Origin: Candidatus Delongbacteria bacterium
GTDB taxonomy: Bacteria > UBA4055
NCBI GenBank assembly: GCA_016937995.1
Contig: JAFGVM010000031.1
Location: forward strand, 19-64,018
DNA: 64,000 bases
Reading direction: 5' to 3'
In this document: piece by piece, positions 37,270-47,828 of the stretch
How the letters are laid out: each line of letters starts with the position of its first letter
How positions within the stretch are numbered: position 1 is the stretch's first letter
Notes under the pieces: model-generated
The model's input: the letters and a program-made list of their open reading frames with translations, nothing else
The model's database searches: none
Told to the model about the DNA's origin: nothing
Translations under genes and position numbers: made by a program

Positions 37270-38634
37270 ATGTTTAGGAGATTTGCAGTAATTATCTTAG
37301 CGTTAATCATAAACCAACTAATTTGTAAACCATTTAAAGATATTACTTCTATTGCCCAGCTTGACAGCATGAGTGTATTCTCATTTGCAATTATGAGTGA
37401 CAATAAAGGCGACGCCTTGAATAAGAAAGAATTCGAAAGGATGGATAAATGGATAAAAGAAACAAAATCTGAATTTGTAATAGGTCTTGGAGACCATGTT
37501 AAAAGAGGATGGAAGAATCAGTTCGTTGATTTCCTGAAAGAAGATAAATGGTGGTATAGACATTTTTATCCTGTTCTTGCAGATGGTGAAAATGAATTCT
37601 ACGGTGAATCGCAAGCTGACAGAAGTAAAGGAAAAGAATTGTTTGAACTTACTGATATCAGAGAAAGAGAGAATGTTAAATTTACTAAAGAAGGTTCAGA
37701 ATATTACGCAAAAATTAAAGTTAAAGATTATACGGTTCACTTAATTTCCCTGTTCTTTCCCGATTCACCTTCAGACGAATCAGTTGCATTTCCCGATGAA
37801 TCAAAAAAGTATCTTGTAGATGTCCTTAACAGTATTGAAAAAAGTGATAAGGATATAATCATTGCTGCTGCTCATTCAAGAATGGGTTACTGGTTGAATA
37901 ATCTACCCAAGGAACAATTGGATATTACTTTAGATAAAGTAGACCTTGTTCTATCTGCCACTACTCATATTTTTCAGGTATTTAATTCATATGGTGATGA
38001 GAAAGTTCCTTTAGCCATTAATACCGGATCAATCACATTTCCAAATTTGTTCTGTCCCGGTGGATACGTACAGGTAAATCTTGTTGAGGATCCGACAGCT
38101 ATAGTTGTTCAGTATATAAATGCTGAGAAAAAAGATAGAAAGCTTCAGAACACTTATTATTCAGCTGTTAAAAAGCTTAACGGGGAAGTTGTCAGTGCTG
38201 ATTTTAAAGAGCTGAAGAAAAAAGATGATCCCAACAGGATAATTGCTGAAACTTCAAGAGAGTTTTCTACCGAGGAATTAAAAGCATTGTTACATATTTA
38301 TTGTATGGAGAAGTTCAATACTGATACCGCGATAATAAATAATTTCAGAGGTCTTAGTAAAGGTGATGTCAATTATATTGAATACCTCAGTATCTTTCCA
38401 TATAAGAACAAGATCGTTACCTTATCTGTGAATCCAGCTGAGTATGACAGTATTTTCACAGCTAAGACATCAAGTAAAGTTACCAGGATCACTACTGATG
38501 CTTATACAGGTGAATATATTTTAAAAGCTTTGAATATGGACAGGAGTAAGTTAGAAAAGACTGATTTTGATGAGATCAAACTTTTAAAAAAATTTATGAA
38601 AAAAAGTGATGATATTAAATTTATCGATGATTAA
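37270..38634 (+). CDS. Secreted metallophosphoesterase-fold protein with a 5'-nucleotidase C-terminal-like domain
   Basis: Signal peptide, FAIMSD, GLGDHV, DGENE, SATTH and a C-terminal IFPYKNKIV segment. Confidence 0.6.
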   Translation: MFRRFAVIILALIINQLICKPFKDITSIAQLDSMSVFSFAIMSDNKGDALNKKEFERMDKWIKETKSEFVIGLGDHVKRGWKNQFVDFLKEDKWWYRHFYPVLADGENEFYGESQADRSKGKELFELTDIRERENVKFTKEGSEYYAKIKVKDYTVHLISLFFPDSPSDESVAFPDESKKYLVDVLNSIEKSDKDIIIAAAHSRMGYWLNNLPKEQLDITLDKVDLVLSATTHIFQVFNSYGDEKVPLAINTGSITFPNLFCPGGYVQVNLVEDPTAIVVQYINAEKKDRKLQNTYYSAVKKLNGEVVSADFKELKKKDDPNRIIAETSREFSTEELKALLHIYCMEKFNTDTAIINNFRGLSKGDVNYIEYLSIFPYKNKIVTLSVNPAEYDSIFTAKTSSKVTRITTDAYTGEYILKALNMDRSKLEKTDFDEIKLLKKFMKKSDDIKFIDD

Positions 38635-39194
38635 TCAGTTAGTTCGTTCTTTTGTAAGAACTTCAGTTTTCTCTGGTGCTTGATCTTATTTCTTTTTCTT
38701 ACAATATATTTGTAAGTCAAAAAGTAAACTATCGGATAAGTGATAATACCCATGATAATGCCACCGATTGTGACCATATAAAATAAAGTCAGAAGGTCTT
38801 TGCCGAAAACAGCAATATTATGAACTGAAATTTTTACGAACAGGTTTTTGAACACTTCATAAGTGAAGTCATGCAAAATAAATATCCTTCCCAGAAAATG
38901 TACTCCGTAAAATGTTGCTAATGCATTTAGAGGGTTTGTAAAAATATTAGTACCTACAATACCGGCTAGTTTATTTGTTTTAAAGAAAGTGCATAGCACA
39001 AGAACTGTTACAGTTTGCAATGGTATTATTGGTAAAAAGCCAACGAATATACCCATAGCAAGGCCATGGGCAATTCTTTCAGGCGGGTCTTCTTTTCTGA
39101 CCATCAGCAAAAAATAATACTTAAGTATCCGATACATTTTTTTTAAATACGGATGATCTTTTTTATGCTGATATTTTTTTATACTATCTTTCAA
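38631..39194 (-). CDS. DUF2062 family membrane protein
   Basis: PERIAHGLAMGIFVGFLP...TNPL. Confidence 0.85.
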   Translation of the reverse strand: MKDSIKKYQHKKDHPYLKKMYRILKYYFLLMVRKEDPPERIAHGLAMGIFVGFLPIIPLQTVTVLVLCTFFKTNKLAGIVGTNIFTNPLNALATFYGVHFLGRIFILHDFTYEVFKNLFVKISVHNIAVFGKDLLTLFYMVTIGGIIMGIITYPIVYFLTYKYIVRKRNKIKHQRKLKFLQKNELTD

Positions 39195-39208
39195 ATCACC
39201 ACCAAAAT

Positions 39209-40615
39209 CTAATAAATGAATTTTTGAATGAAATAGTGGAGAAGATCTTCAATTTTGACTCTTTCCTGTGCCATAGAATCTCTATCTCTGACAGTTACAG
39301 AATTGTCCTCTAAAGAATCAAAATCAAAAGTGATACAATACGGTGTTCCGATCTCGTCCTGTCTTCTATATCTTTTGCCGATACTTCCAACAGCATCAAG
39401 ATCAATATTCCATCCTAATTTTGTTACAAGTTCATCATAAACTTTTTTAGCATCATCATTTAATTTTTTCGCAAGAGGTAGTACAGCTATTTTATAAGGG
39501 GCAAGAGCAGGATGTAATTTTAAAACGACACGGGTATCATTTTCATTGATCACTTCTTCGTTATAAGCATCATTCAGTATGATCAATGCAGTTCTCTGGA
39601 CTCCCAGGGAAGGTTCTATTACAAATGGTACGTATTTTTCTTTTTCAGCTTCATCAAAGTATGAAAGGTCTTTACCTGAAAGTTCAATGTGTTGTTTCAG
39701 GTCATAATCTGTTCTGGATGCAATACCGCAGAGTTCACCCCATCCGAAAGGATATCTATATTCCACATCTGTTGTTGCATTTGAATAGAAAGCAAGTTCA
39801 TCAGCTTCATGATCCCTCATTCTGAGATTTTCCTTTTTAACTCCAAGGCCGATAAACCAATTATATGTGAAATCTTTCCAGAAATCGAACCATTCAAGTT
39901 CAGTTCCAGGCTTACAGAAAAATTCCATTTCCATCTGTTCGAATTCTCTTGTTCTGAAAATAAAGTTTCCGGGAGTTATCTCATTTCTAAATGATTTTCC
40001 TATCTGACAGATCCCGAAAGGTACTTTTTTTCTACTTGTAGTTTGAACGTTCTTAAAGTTAATAAAAATTCCCTGAGCTGTCTCAGGTCTAAGATATATT
40101 TGAGCTCCTTCCCCTTCAATAACTCCCTGCTCAGTTTTGAACATTAAATTAAAAGCTTTAGGTTCAGTCCAATCTATCTTACCGCACTTTGGACACACAA
40201 TGTTATTCGAGTTAATGAAATCAAATAGCTCATTTGTTGTTGTATGTTCACCTGCCCAGTTCTCTGGAAATAGCTCTGTATTGTTATTTTCATTCCATTC
40301 TTCGATCAATTTATCAGCTCTCGCTCTTGATTTGCAATTTTTACAATCCATTAAAGGATCTGAAAAACCGCTAACATGACCAGAAGCCTCCCATACTTTA
40401 GGATTAAGAAGTATCGCAGAATCAAGTTCAACCATATCAGTTCTTTCAATTATAAATTTTCTACGCCATGCATGTTTGATATTTTTGACAAGTTCTACTC
40501 CAAGAGGTCCGTAATCCCAGGTATTTGCTAAACCTCCGTAAATTTCTGAACCAGGATATACAAATCCTCTTCTTTTAGCGAGGGAAACTATCTTATCTAA
40601 TGTTGTTTCAGACAT
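39209..40615 (-). CDS. glyQS: Glycine--tRNA ligase (alpha2, eukaryote-like type)
   Basis: [60 protein letters not shown]. Confidence 0.97.
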   Translation of the reverse strand: MSETTLDKIVSLAKRRGFVYPGSEIYGGLANTWDYGPLGVELVKNIKHAWRRKFIIERTDMVELDSAILLNPKVWEASGHVSGFSDPLMDCKNCKSRARADKLIEEWNENNNTELFPENWAGEHTTTNELFDFINSNNIVCPKCGKIDWTEPKAFNLMFKTEQGVIEGEGAQIYLRPETAQGIFINFKNVQTTSRKKVPFGICQIGKSFRNEITPGNFIFRTREFEQMEMEFFCKPGTELEWFDFWKDFTYNWFIGLGVKKENLRMRDHEADELAFYSNATTDVEYRYPFGWGELCGIASRTDYDLKQHIELSGKDLSYFDEAEKEKYVPFVIEPSLGVQRTALIILNDAYNEEVINENDTRVVLKLHPALAPYKIAVLPLAKKLNDDAKKVYDELVTKLGWNIDLDAVGSIGKRYRRQDEIGTPYCITFDFDSLEDNSVTVRDRDSMAQERVKIEDLLHYFIQKFIY

Positions 40616-40629
40616 TATTTAACTCCATT

Positions 40630-42792
40630 TTACCAATCAATTATTTTTTCATTTTTTTCTTCTTCCTCTTTCTCCCTAAGAAGATTTTCGAGAAATTTTA
40701 AAGCATTTTTATTGCCCAGTTCTGCAGATCTGTTATACAGGTTCATTGCTATTTTCCTGTCTTTAGGAATAAATTGACCTTCTTCATCGATCCTTCTGTA
40801 ATATATATTTGCTGTCTCAAATAAACTCTCTGAGTAGTACTTTGGATGATTGGACAATTCTTTGAATACTATTAATGCAGATTCAGGATCATATTTTGCT
40901 ACAGCTTTAGCCTTTTTGAACTTGATATCTATATTTAAAGAATCCTCAAGCAACAGAGTGTCATAAAAAGCTACTGCTCTTCGATATCTTTTAAAATTGA
41001 AAAACGAATCAGCTATTTTATTATAGAGATCTGTGAATTTTTCTTTTGGTACGAATCCGATATCATCATTTGAGTTAAGGTCTTCATATTTGGTTAAAGA
41101 GATAAGGAAATTTTTAACTGCCAGAGAATCATTGTGTTTAACATTATATACGTATCCCAGGTTATAATATTTTTCTGCTTCAGCAAAAATATTTTCAGCT
41201 ATGTTATCAGAAAATTGAAGATTTTTGATTCCTTTTCTTCTCAGGAAAGTGAAAAGGTCTGAAGCAATATTAGATCTTTCTTCATCGAAGATAATATCCC
41301 CATAAATAGCCTTATACTCCTTTGTGTTTTGAAGAATTCTCCTGATCGATAATTTATCATTTGTATTCAATAAATTCAGTATCATTTCCATTACAGAGTA
41401 ACCATTGATCTCCATCTTCTTCGGATTTCTTTTATTGTCACTTCTGAATTTGTATACAAAGTCGTTGTACTTCGGGTTATCAACATTATAACTGCTTTCT
41501 TTTATAAAGATGAGACTGTCAGCATTCTCAGCTAGTTTTGTAAGAGTTTTATTGTCATCCCATCCATAAGTTCCCAGAAATCGACCGGTAAAATTATAGA
41601 ATGCCATTTGAGGCAGAACTGATTGAACGTCCTTATTTTCAACAGGTAAAAAGAAAGCATCAATAACACCTACAGGAACTGTTTTGATGGAATCATCCGA
41701 CATATATTTTTCGACATCAAGAGAATCTATAATACAGATATTCTCTCTGAACCGGAGAAGCTGTTTACTCAGATTTGAGGCATCGTAATACCATTCAGTT
41801 CCGATAATACCGCATCCTCTCTCAAGGATAACATCAGTGAAACCTGCAACTGATTCTTTACCATCAGAATTAAGAGGTGCAAGTATTCCGAAAGTTTTAA
41901 AGTTCAATGAATCAACGGCATATTCAGCTATCTTCCTGCTTAAAGTATAAGATGTCGTGTTCAACTGGAAAATATTTTTTGAAATGGATGAGATATTCCT
42001 CATTGAAGCAGTTGGAGATACTAGAGGTATCTTTTTTACCGAAGCTATTCCGGCCAGAGCAGAAGTTGCGTTGGACCGTAACTCCCCAATGATGAGGTTG
42101 TATCTTGAAGATTCGATCCTTTCTGTGACCTTTTTTACCATTGTTGTAATGTTGCTTTCAGAATTTACTATATCGAGTTTTACAGTTTTATCATTCTTCA
42201 AAGAAATTTTACTTACGGCATATTTTATTCCGTTCAGAATGTCGTTTCCTACATCCTTATCTTCTCCGGTCAAAGGTAAAACTACAAGAATTTTTATTGA
42301 ATTTCCGGCATTAGCAAGTTCTTTTAATATGTCTTTGTTGAAGATCTTTTCAGAAAGTTCAATGTAATCATCATCTGATAGTAATAATTTGATCACAGCA
42401 TAAAGAATTTCTTTGGAATTCCTTGCAAGTTCACTGTTGCTTGAGTTAAGCAGATCTACCAGAATGTTAGTGGCAGTTGTATTGTTCTGCAGTTTTAATT
42501 CACTAAGTGCAATATAGTATCTTACGATGTCTTTTTGATCAAAATAGGGGGAATGATCTAATAATTCTGAAAGTGTTTTTCTGCTTTTACGATATTCAGC
42601 AACTTCATAATAACAAACACCTCGGAACATCATGAATTCATCATAATTTAAAGAATTTTTATCTAAACGTTCAGTTAAATCAATAACTCTCTGATAATAA
42701 CCAGAATCATATGATATCTTAATTTTTTCTTCCAGATCAATAGAAAAAAGCGTTGGTATAATTAATAGAAGTGTAAGTATAATATTTTTCAT
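40630..42792 (-). CDS. TPR + periplasmic binding (LpoA/LivK-like) domain protein
   Basis: Signal peptide, TPRs, IKILVVLPLTG...IIGELRS...IPLVSPTAS PBP1 fold and C-terminal TPR/Sel1-like repeats. Confidence 0.75.
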   Translation of the reverse strand: MKNIILTLLLIIPTLFSIDLEEKIKISYDSGYYQRVIDLTERLDKNSLNYDEFMMFRGVCYYEVAEYRKSRKTLSELLDHSPYFDQKDIVRYYIALSELKLQNNTTATNILVDLLNSSNSELARNSKEILYAVIKLLLSDDDYIELSEKIFNKDILKELANAGNSIKILVVLPLTGEDKDVGNDILNGIKYAVSKISLKNDKTVKLDIVNSESNITTMVKKVTERIESSRYNLIIGELRSNATSALAGIASVKKIPLVSPTASMRNISSISKNIFQLNTTSYTLSRKIAEYAVDSLNFKTFGILAPLNSDGKESVAGFTDVILERGCGIIGTEWYYDASNLSKQLLRFRENICIIDSLDVEKYMSDDSIKTVPVGVIDAFFLPVENKDVQSVLPQMAFYNFTGRFLGTYGWDDNKTLTKLAENADSLIFIKESSYNVDNPKYNDFVYKFRSDNKRNPKKMEINGYSVMEMILNLLNTNDKLSIRRILQNTKEYKAIYGDIIFDEERSNIASDLFTFLRRKGIKNLQFSDNIAENIFAEAEKYYNLGYVYNVKHNDSLAVKNFLISLTKYEDLNSNDDIGFVPKEKFTDLYNKIADSFFNFKRYRRAVAFYDTLLLEDSLNIDIKFKKAKAVAKYDPESALIVFKELSNHPKYYSESLFETANIYYRRIDEEGQFIPKDRKIAMNLYNRSAELGNKNALKFLENLLREKEEEEKNEKIIDW

Positions 42793-42805
42793 ATTTTTCC
42801 CCGGG

Positions 42806-44644
42806 TTACTCTACTGTAACACTTTTTGCCAAATTTCTGGGCATATCAACATTAAATCCTTTTTCAACAGCGATATAATAAGCTAATAATTGGAGAGGTA
42901 TGACCGTAAGAATAGGCATTAATAGATTTGTTGTGTCAGGAATTTTTATAACATAATCTGAGATACTTTCAATTTCCTCATCTCCATAGCTTGCGATAGT
43001 AATGATTACCCCGTTTCTGGCTTTGACTTCTTTCATATTAGTTATGACCTTATCATAAATGGCATCTTTTATGGCAATGAAAATTACCGGCATATCCTTA
43101 TCGATCAAAGCAATAGGCCCATGTTTCATTTCCGCTGCAGGATATCCTTCAGCATGAATATATGATATCTCTTTGAGTTTTAATGCACCTTCTAAAGCTA
43201 CTGGAAAGTTAAATCCCCTACCAAGATACAGAAAATTCTTTGCATCTTTAAATTTCAGTGCTATATCTTTTACGACCATGGAGTTATCCAGAATAGAGTT
43301 TATCAGTGTAGGCAAAAGTTTCATTTCTTTAACTATTTTGTAACCTTCTCTGAATGACATATCCTTATGCCTTGCAATGTCAACGGTTATCAAAGCAAGT
43401 GCCATTACCTGTGATGTAAAAGCTTTTGTTGAAGCTACTCCGATCTCAGGTCCTGCATGAAGGTAAACACCTGCATCTGTAACTTTAGATATGGTTGATC
43501 CCACAACATTGCATAATCCGATGGTGTATGCGCCCTTTCTTTTAGCCTCTTTCAAAGCTGCTAAAGTATCTGCTGTTTCACCGGATTGAGAAATAGCGAT
43601 AACAACAGTTTTTTCTGAAATAATTGGATCTCTGTATCTGAACTCTGATGCATATTCCACTTCAACAGGTATTTTTGCATACTCTTCGATCATATATTCA
43701 CCGATCAAGGCACTATGCCAGCTTGTTCCACATGCGATTATATAAATTTTTTCAGCTTTGATAAGCGCATTATAAACTTGAGGATGCTGTCTGAGACCAC
43801 CAAGGTTAGTGGTTCCTTCGTCAAGGATGATCCGTCCTCTCATTGTATCAATAAGTGTCCTTGGCTGCTGGAATATCTCTTTGAGCATAAAATGTTCATA
43901 TCCATCTTTCTCTATCTCCTGAACATCAATATCTATCTTCTCTATGTTCTTTGTGATAATCTCATCTTCGAGATTCTTATGAACGACCCGGTCCTTGTAT
44001 ATTACACCGATCTCCTTATCATCAAGATAGACCACATCATCAGTTTTTGAAATTACAGATGCAGGGTCAGAAGCAAAATAATTTTCATTTTCACCGATCC
44101 CGATGAGTAGAGGGGAACCCAGTCTTGCGACGATCAATTTATCAGGCTCATCAACGTGTAAAACGCCGATGCCGTATGTTCCCTTAACATCAAAAAGAGC
44201 TTTTTTTACAGCAAGTTCGATATCATCAGTATAGTAACTTTCAATAAGATTTACCAGGATCTCTGTATCTGTCTCTGAGTAGAATTTATAACCTTTAGCT
44301 TCCAATCTTTTCTGTAATGAAATGTAATTCTCTATGATCCCGTTGTGAACTAGATATATTTTTTTATTGTTCGAGATATGCGGATGGGAATTTTCCATAC
44401 TGGGCTCACCGTGAGTAGCCCATCTTGTGTGAGCAAGACCCAAATTGCCGATATCTCTATTATCGATCTTTTTTTCAAGATCTATTATTTTACCGACACT
44501 TTTTTTTATGTGTATCGATGATGAACTTTCGTCAAGAACCACTATTCCTGCGGAATCATATCCACGGTATTCTACTCTTTTGAGTCCTTCGATCAAAAAA
44601 CTTACACAATCTTTCTTACCGATATAACCTACTATTCCACACAT
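42806..44644 (-). CDS. glmS: Glutamine--fructose-6-phosphate aminotransferase
   Basis: MCGIVG, EYRGYDSAG, HTRWATHG, SQSGETADT, PRNLAKSVTVE. Confidence 0.98.
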   Translation of the reverse strand: MCGIVGYIGKKDCVSFLIEGLKRVEYRGYDSAGIVVLDESSSSIHIKKSVGKIIDLEKKIDNRDIGNLGLAHTRWATHGEPSMENSHPHISNNKKIYLVHNGIIENYISLQKRLEAKGYKFYSETDTEILVNLIESYYTDDIELAVKKALFDVKGTYGIGVLHVDEPDKLIVARLGSPLLIGIGENENYFASDPASVISKTDDVVYLDDKEIGVIYKDRVVHKNLEDEIITKNIEKIDIDVQEIEKDGYEHFMLKEIFQQPRTLIDTMRGRIILDEGTTNLGGLRQHPQVYNALIKAEKIYIIACGTSWHSALIGEYMIEEYAKIPVEVEYASEFRYRDPIISEKTVVIAISQSGETADTLAALKEAKRKGAYTIGLCNVVGSTISKVTDAGVYLHAGPEIGVASTKAFTSQVMALALITVDIARHKDMSFREGYKIVKEMKLLPTLINSILDNSMVVKDIALKFKDAKNFLYLGRGFNFPVALEGALKLKEISYIHAEGYPAAEMKHGPIALIDKDMPVIFIAIKDAIYDKVITNMKEVKARNGVIITIASYGDEEIESISDYVIKIPDTTNLLMPILTVIPLQLLAYYIAVEKGFNVDMPRNLAKSVTVE

Positions 44645-44790
44645 TCTGACTCCAAAATGAACTTCATTACACTGTTTATATATATAAGTGTGTAAATATA
44701 GTTTTAAAATATTAATTTATCAAATAGATTATACAAATAAAAAATTATTGAAATGTTGTTATCATTGAGATCGAAACAGAAAGATCGATC

Positions 44791-45324
44791 CTATAAAATC
44801 ACGTTACTTTGATTTTTCTTATAAACAGATGTATCAGCAGTGTTTTTTGACTGATCCTTATTCAGCTTGAGTATGGTAAAACCGACTCTTGAAACCTTTT
44901 TGTTTTCCGAGACCACATTATGAGTAAATTTATATCCGTTCAGGATACTATTTTTGAGTGAAACATGGAAATCACCGTTGTTATAAGCTATATCATAAAT
45001 CTGGTCCTGAAATGTGATCATAGGTTTTAGATCAAATTCGGAAAAATTGAAGATAGTGTTTCTTGTTACAACATAAACTTCATCTCTGTTCGCTATTATC
45101 TTAAAGAAATCTCTTAGTTTTGCTATAATGTTATCGTTCAGGTAAAGGTTGTTATCTTTGAAATAGAAAACTTTGTCATCAAGTTGAATTTTTTGATCTT
45201 CACTGATCAACTGAATATTCTCGCTGTTATCTTCAGTGACGAAGTTACCGTGATCGTTCATTGTTATAGAGAAAGAAAAGCTGGTAAGGATTAAAAATAT
45301 TAACACGGATACGGTTCTTTTCAA
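44791..45324 (-). CDS. Hypothetical secreted protein
   Basis: AGGAG RBS, TTG start and a signal-peptide-like N-terminus. Confidence 0.6.
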   Translation of the reverse strand: MKRTVSVLIFLILTSFSFSITMNDHGNFVTEDNSENIQLISEDQKIQLDDKVFYFKDNNLYLNDNIIAKLRDFFKIIANRDEVYVVTRNTIFNFSEFDLKPMITFQDQIYDIAYNNGDFHVSLKNSILNGYKFTHNVVSENKKVSRVGFTILKLNKDQSKNTADTSVYKKNQSNVIL

Positions 45325-45491
45325 CAGATACTCCTATATTTAGTTTATAGATCCCTTGATCAAATCAGGATCGCTCATATATAAGCTTATTGTTGTTCTA
45401 AAGCAATAGATAATTTTAGAAAAATATTGCATTATTTCTCAGAACTTGACAGTAAGGAATTTGCTTTATATCCTGTAGAACTGGATCATTT

Positions 45492-46328
45492 TTATCCGGA
45501 AAAATTGCATATACTTCTTATTTCCTGTTGAATCTTATCTGTTTTAAGAATAGAAAGTTCAAGCTGATCGAGGACATGAGGGGACTCTATGATCTGATCA
45601 CAAGATACTATACCATTATTGAAAAGTAATTCTTTCTGAGATTTTGTAAGGGAGTGTAGTATTGTAATAGGATATATCCTCTCTCTGTCAATTATATCTT
45701 TAAGTCCGTTACCTTCAGGATAATCCCAGCCGAGAAGGTAAAGACCGCTGCACTTTGCAAATGTCATAGAATCGTGAGTAAAGCGTGTATTGGTGGCTAC
45801 CATACCGTGAAATACATAGCCGTCGAATTCCTTCATTTTCTCTCTTTTTCGAATTATATCATTTACACGGGAATGCACATATAAAGGTACTTGTACGCTT
45901 ACAGATTTATCAGAGCTTTGTCCATACTTACATTCAACGATATACTGCTCATTGTCTTTAGTAGCTATTACATCAACTTCATGAGTTACACAATAACCGT
46001 CTATCACTAGAGCGACCTCAGTATCATACCCCTGCTTTTCGAGAACTTTTCCGATAAATGTTTCGAAAGGATGACCGGTTGGTCCAAGCTCCATGATAGC
46101 CTGTTTCAATTTATACCTGAGGGACGAATGATCCTGTCTTCGGTAAAGGTGCCTGAAAGCAGCTTTATAAATTTTCTTCGTGGTAACACCGTCGATCATC
46201 CAAGAGTTTATATCCTTAATAATTTCATCAATTAACTGGTCATTTGCTCCAGCATTTCTAAGAGACTTTTCAAGTTTTTCCTTCGAGAATTCTTCTAATT
46301 CACCGTTTGATTTCTTTACTTTGATCAT
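45492..46328 (-). CDS. ATP-cone domain + Mrr-like restriction endonuclease domain protein
   Basis: VKKSNGELEEFSKEKLEKSL (ATP cone), then GHPFE...HEVDVIA...IVECKY (PD-(D/E)xK). Confidence 0.88.
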   Translation of the reverse strand: MIKVKKSNGELEEFSKEKLEKSLRNAGANDQLIDEIIKDINSWMIDGVTTKKIYKAAFRHLYRRQDHSSLRYKLKQAIMELGPTGHPFETFIGKVLEKQGYDTEVALVIDGYCVTHEVDVIATKDNEQYIVECKYGQSSDKSVSVQVPLYVHSRVNDIIRKREKMKEFDGYVFHGMVATNTRFTHDSMTFAKCSGLYLLGWDYPEGNGLKDIIDRERIYPITILHSLTKSQKELLFNNGIVSCDQIIESPHVLDQLELSILKTDKIQQEIRSICNFSG

Positions 46329-46355
46329 ATTAGTTGTTACTCCTCGCTTTGTTTT

Positions 46356-47069
46356 CTAGTCTGACATTAAATCCTTGATTTCACACTTGGTCAGGTTGCG
46401 GTATTCACCTTCTTTTAGTCCACCGAGTCTTAGATTATTTACTCTTACTCGTTTAAGCTCTAAAACATTGTTCCCGACTTTTGAGATCATTTTTCTGATC
46501 TGTCTGTTGCGACCTTCTTTGATCACCATACTGATCTTTGTAAGCTGTAAGCGCTTCACCTTTGCCGGTTGAGTTTTATAACCTTCGATAGTAATACCTT
46601 TTTCAAACCGCTCGATCATTCTTTTTGTTACAGTTTCTTCAGTTGTAACAATATATTCTTTCTCTTTTTCAAAAGATGGGTGCATAAGTTTATAGGTAAG
46701 ATCTCCGTCATTTGTCAGTAGAAGCAATCCGGAAGAATCTTTATCTAGTCTTCCTACGGGATAAACTCTTTCTTTTATGTCTTTCAGGAGGTCAGTCACC
46801 AAGGGAGAATCAGAGTCGGTTTGCTTTAGTGAAGTAATATAACCTTTAGGTTTGTTGATCATGAGATATATATAATCAGCTTTGATAGCTTCGATCTTTT
46901 CTTCATTGAACTCTATTATGTCTGTTTCAGGATCAACTTTGGTTCCTAGTTGAGTAACTACTTCACCATTAACTTTCACAAGCCCGTCAGAAATGAATTC
47001 TTCACACTTTCTACGTGATGCAACACCTTTCGATGCTAGATATTTCTGAAGTCTTACTAATTCTGCCAT
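46356..47069 (-). CDS. rRNA pseudouridine synthase (RsuA/RluB family)
   Basis: S4 domain RLQKYLA...SRRKCE, NKPKG, VGRLDKDSSGLLLLTNDG, EGRNRQIR. Start placed at ATG 47069. Confidence 0.93.
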   Translation of the reverse strand: MAELVRLQKYLASKGVASRRKCEEFISDGLVKVNGEVVTQLGTKVDPETDIIEFNEEKIEAIKADYIYLMINKPKGYITSLKQTDSDSPLVTDLLKDIKERVYPVGRLDKDSSGLLLLTNDGDLTYKLMHPSFEKEKEYIVTTEETVTKRMIERFEKGITIEGYKTQPAKVKRLQLTKISMVIKEGRNRQIRKMISKVGNNVLELKRVRVNNLRLGGLKEGEYRNLTKCEIKDLMSD

Positions 47070-47159
47070 GATTTTCCTTATTTTAAGATCCTGTCCCGAT
47101 TTATCAGGAAGGATGACATTTCCATAAATATATCTTAAAATACGTTGGTTAGCAAAAAT

Positions 47160-47185
47160 AAAAAGGGTCATTTTTAATGACCCTT
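47160..47185 (-). terminator. Intrinsic terminator after the tRNA
   Basis: AAAAAGGGTCATTTTTAATGACCCTT. Confidence 0.75.
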
Positions 47186-47190
47186 AAGTG

Positions 47191-47265
47191 TGGGGGTAAC
47201 GGGACTCGAACCTGTGATCTCCAGCTTGTCGAGCTGGCGCTTTAAACCAACTAAGCCATACCCCC
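47191..47265 (-). tRNA. tRNA-Val (anticodon GAC)
   Basis: GGGGGTA/TACCCCC acceptor stem, GCTT/AAGC D stem, CCAGC-TCGACAA-GCTGG anticodon arm and TTCGAGT T loop. CCA not encoded. Confidence 0.9.
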
Positions 47266-47269
47266 AGTC

Positions 47270-47475
47270 TGCTGAAAACCGTCGTATTTCTGCATCTCAA
47301 TTTTATTTCTCTCATGTCACTTAGGTCATCTAAGCTCATTCGATAAATAAAACTGCTCTTTGAACTACTCGGTTTTAATCAGCCTTTCTATTTCAAGAAT
47401 TTACTTCTCTCATTACAATTGAGTTATCCAAGCTCAATCAAGAAATGAAACTGCTTTTTGAAGTACTTGCTTTAA
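47270..47475. repeat. Tandem pair of the dispersed MITE-like element (one conserved, one degenerate)
   Basis: Core at 47316-47336 equals 20446-20466. A second degenerate unit at about 47395-47470 shares TCTCTCAT...AAGCTCA...AAACTGCT.TTTGAA.TACT. Confidence 0.6.
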
Positions 47476-47498
47476 AGCAGCATTGATTTTTCAACTTG

Positions 47499-47828
47499 TC
47501 AAATATCATATTTTGTTGCAAAAAAGTCAATAATAATTCCATAAATGATTCCGGCAATAAATCCAGGAGTGTCAATAAAATTTGTGGCTGAGTAGAGTGA
47601 GAAACTTACTACCAGTCCTATTACTCCACCTCTGATCATTGAAAGTTTAATATCTTTTCTCTTAGGAGTGTATAAACCGATTGCCAATCCCATGACGACT
47701 CTGTTGAACCAGGTTGCAAAAAGGAAAAGTCCTGTAACCTGATCTCCCATTCTTAAGTTTATACCGATAATACAGAATATTCCCAATATTGCACCTGTTA
47801 AAATTGCTATTATTAATCTTTTGTTCAT
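47499..47828 (-). CDS. Small four-TM membrane protein
   Basis: Hydrophobic 109-aa ORF, last gene of the crtI-like operon. Confidence 0.75.
   Translation of the reverse strand: MNKRLIIAILTGAILGIFCIIGINLRMGDQVTGLFLFATWFNRVVMGLAIGLYTPKRKDIKLSMIRGGVIGLVVSFSLYSATNFIDTPGFIAGIIYGIIIDFFATKYDI

Noticed and set aside
44645-44790. glmS ribozyme upstream of glmS
   Set aside because: The spacer is short, AT-rich and lacks the conserved ribozyme core.
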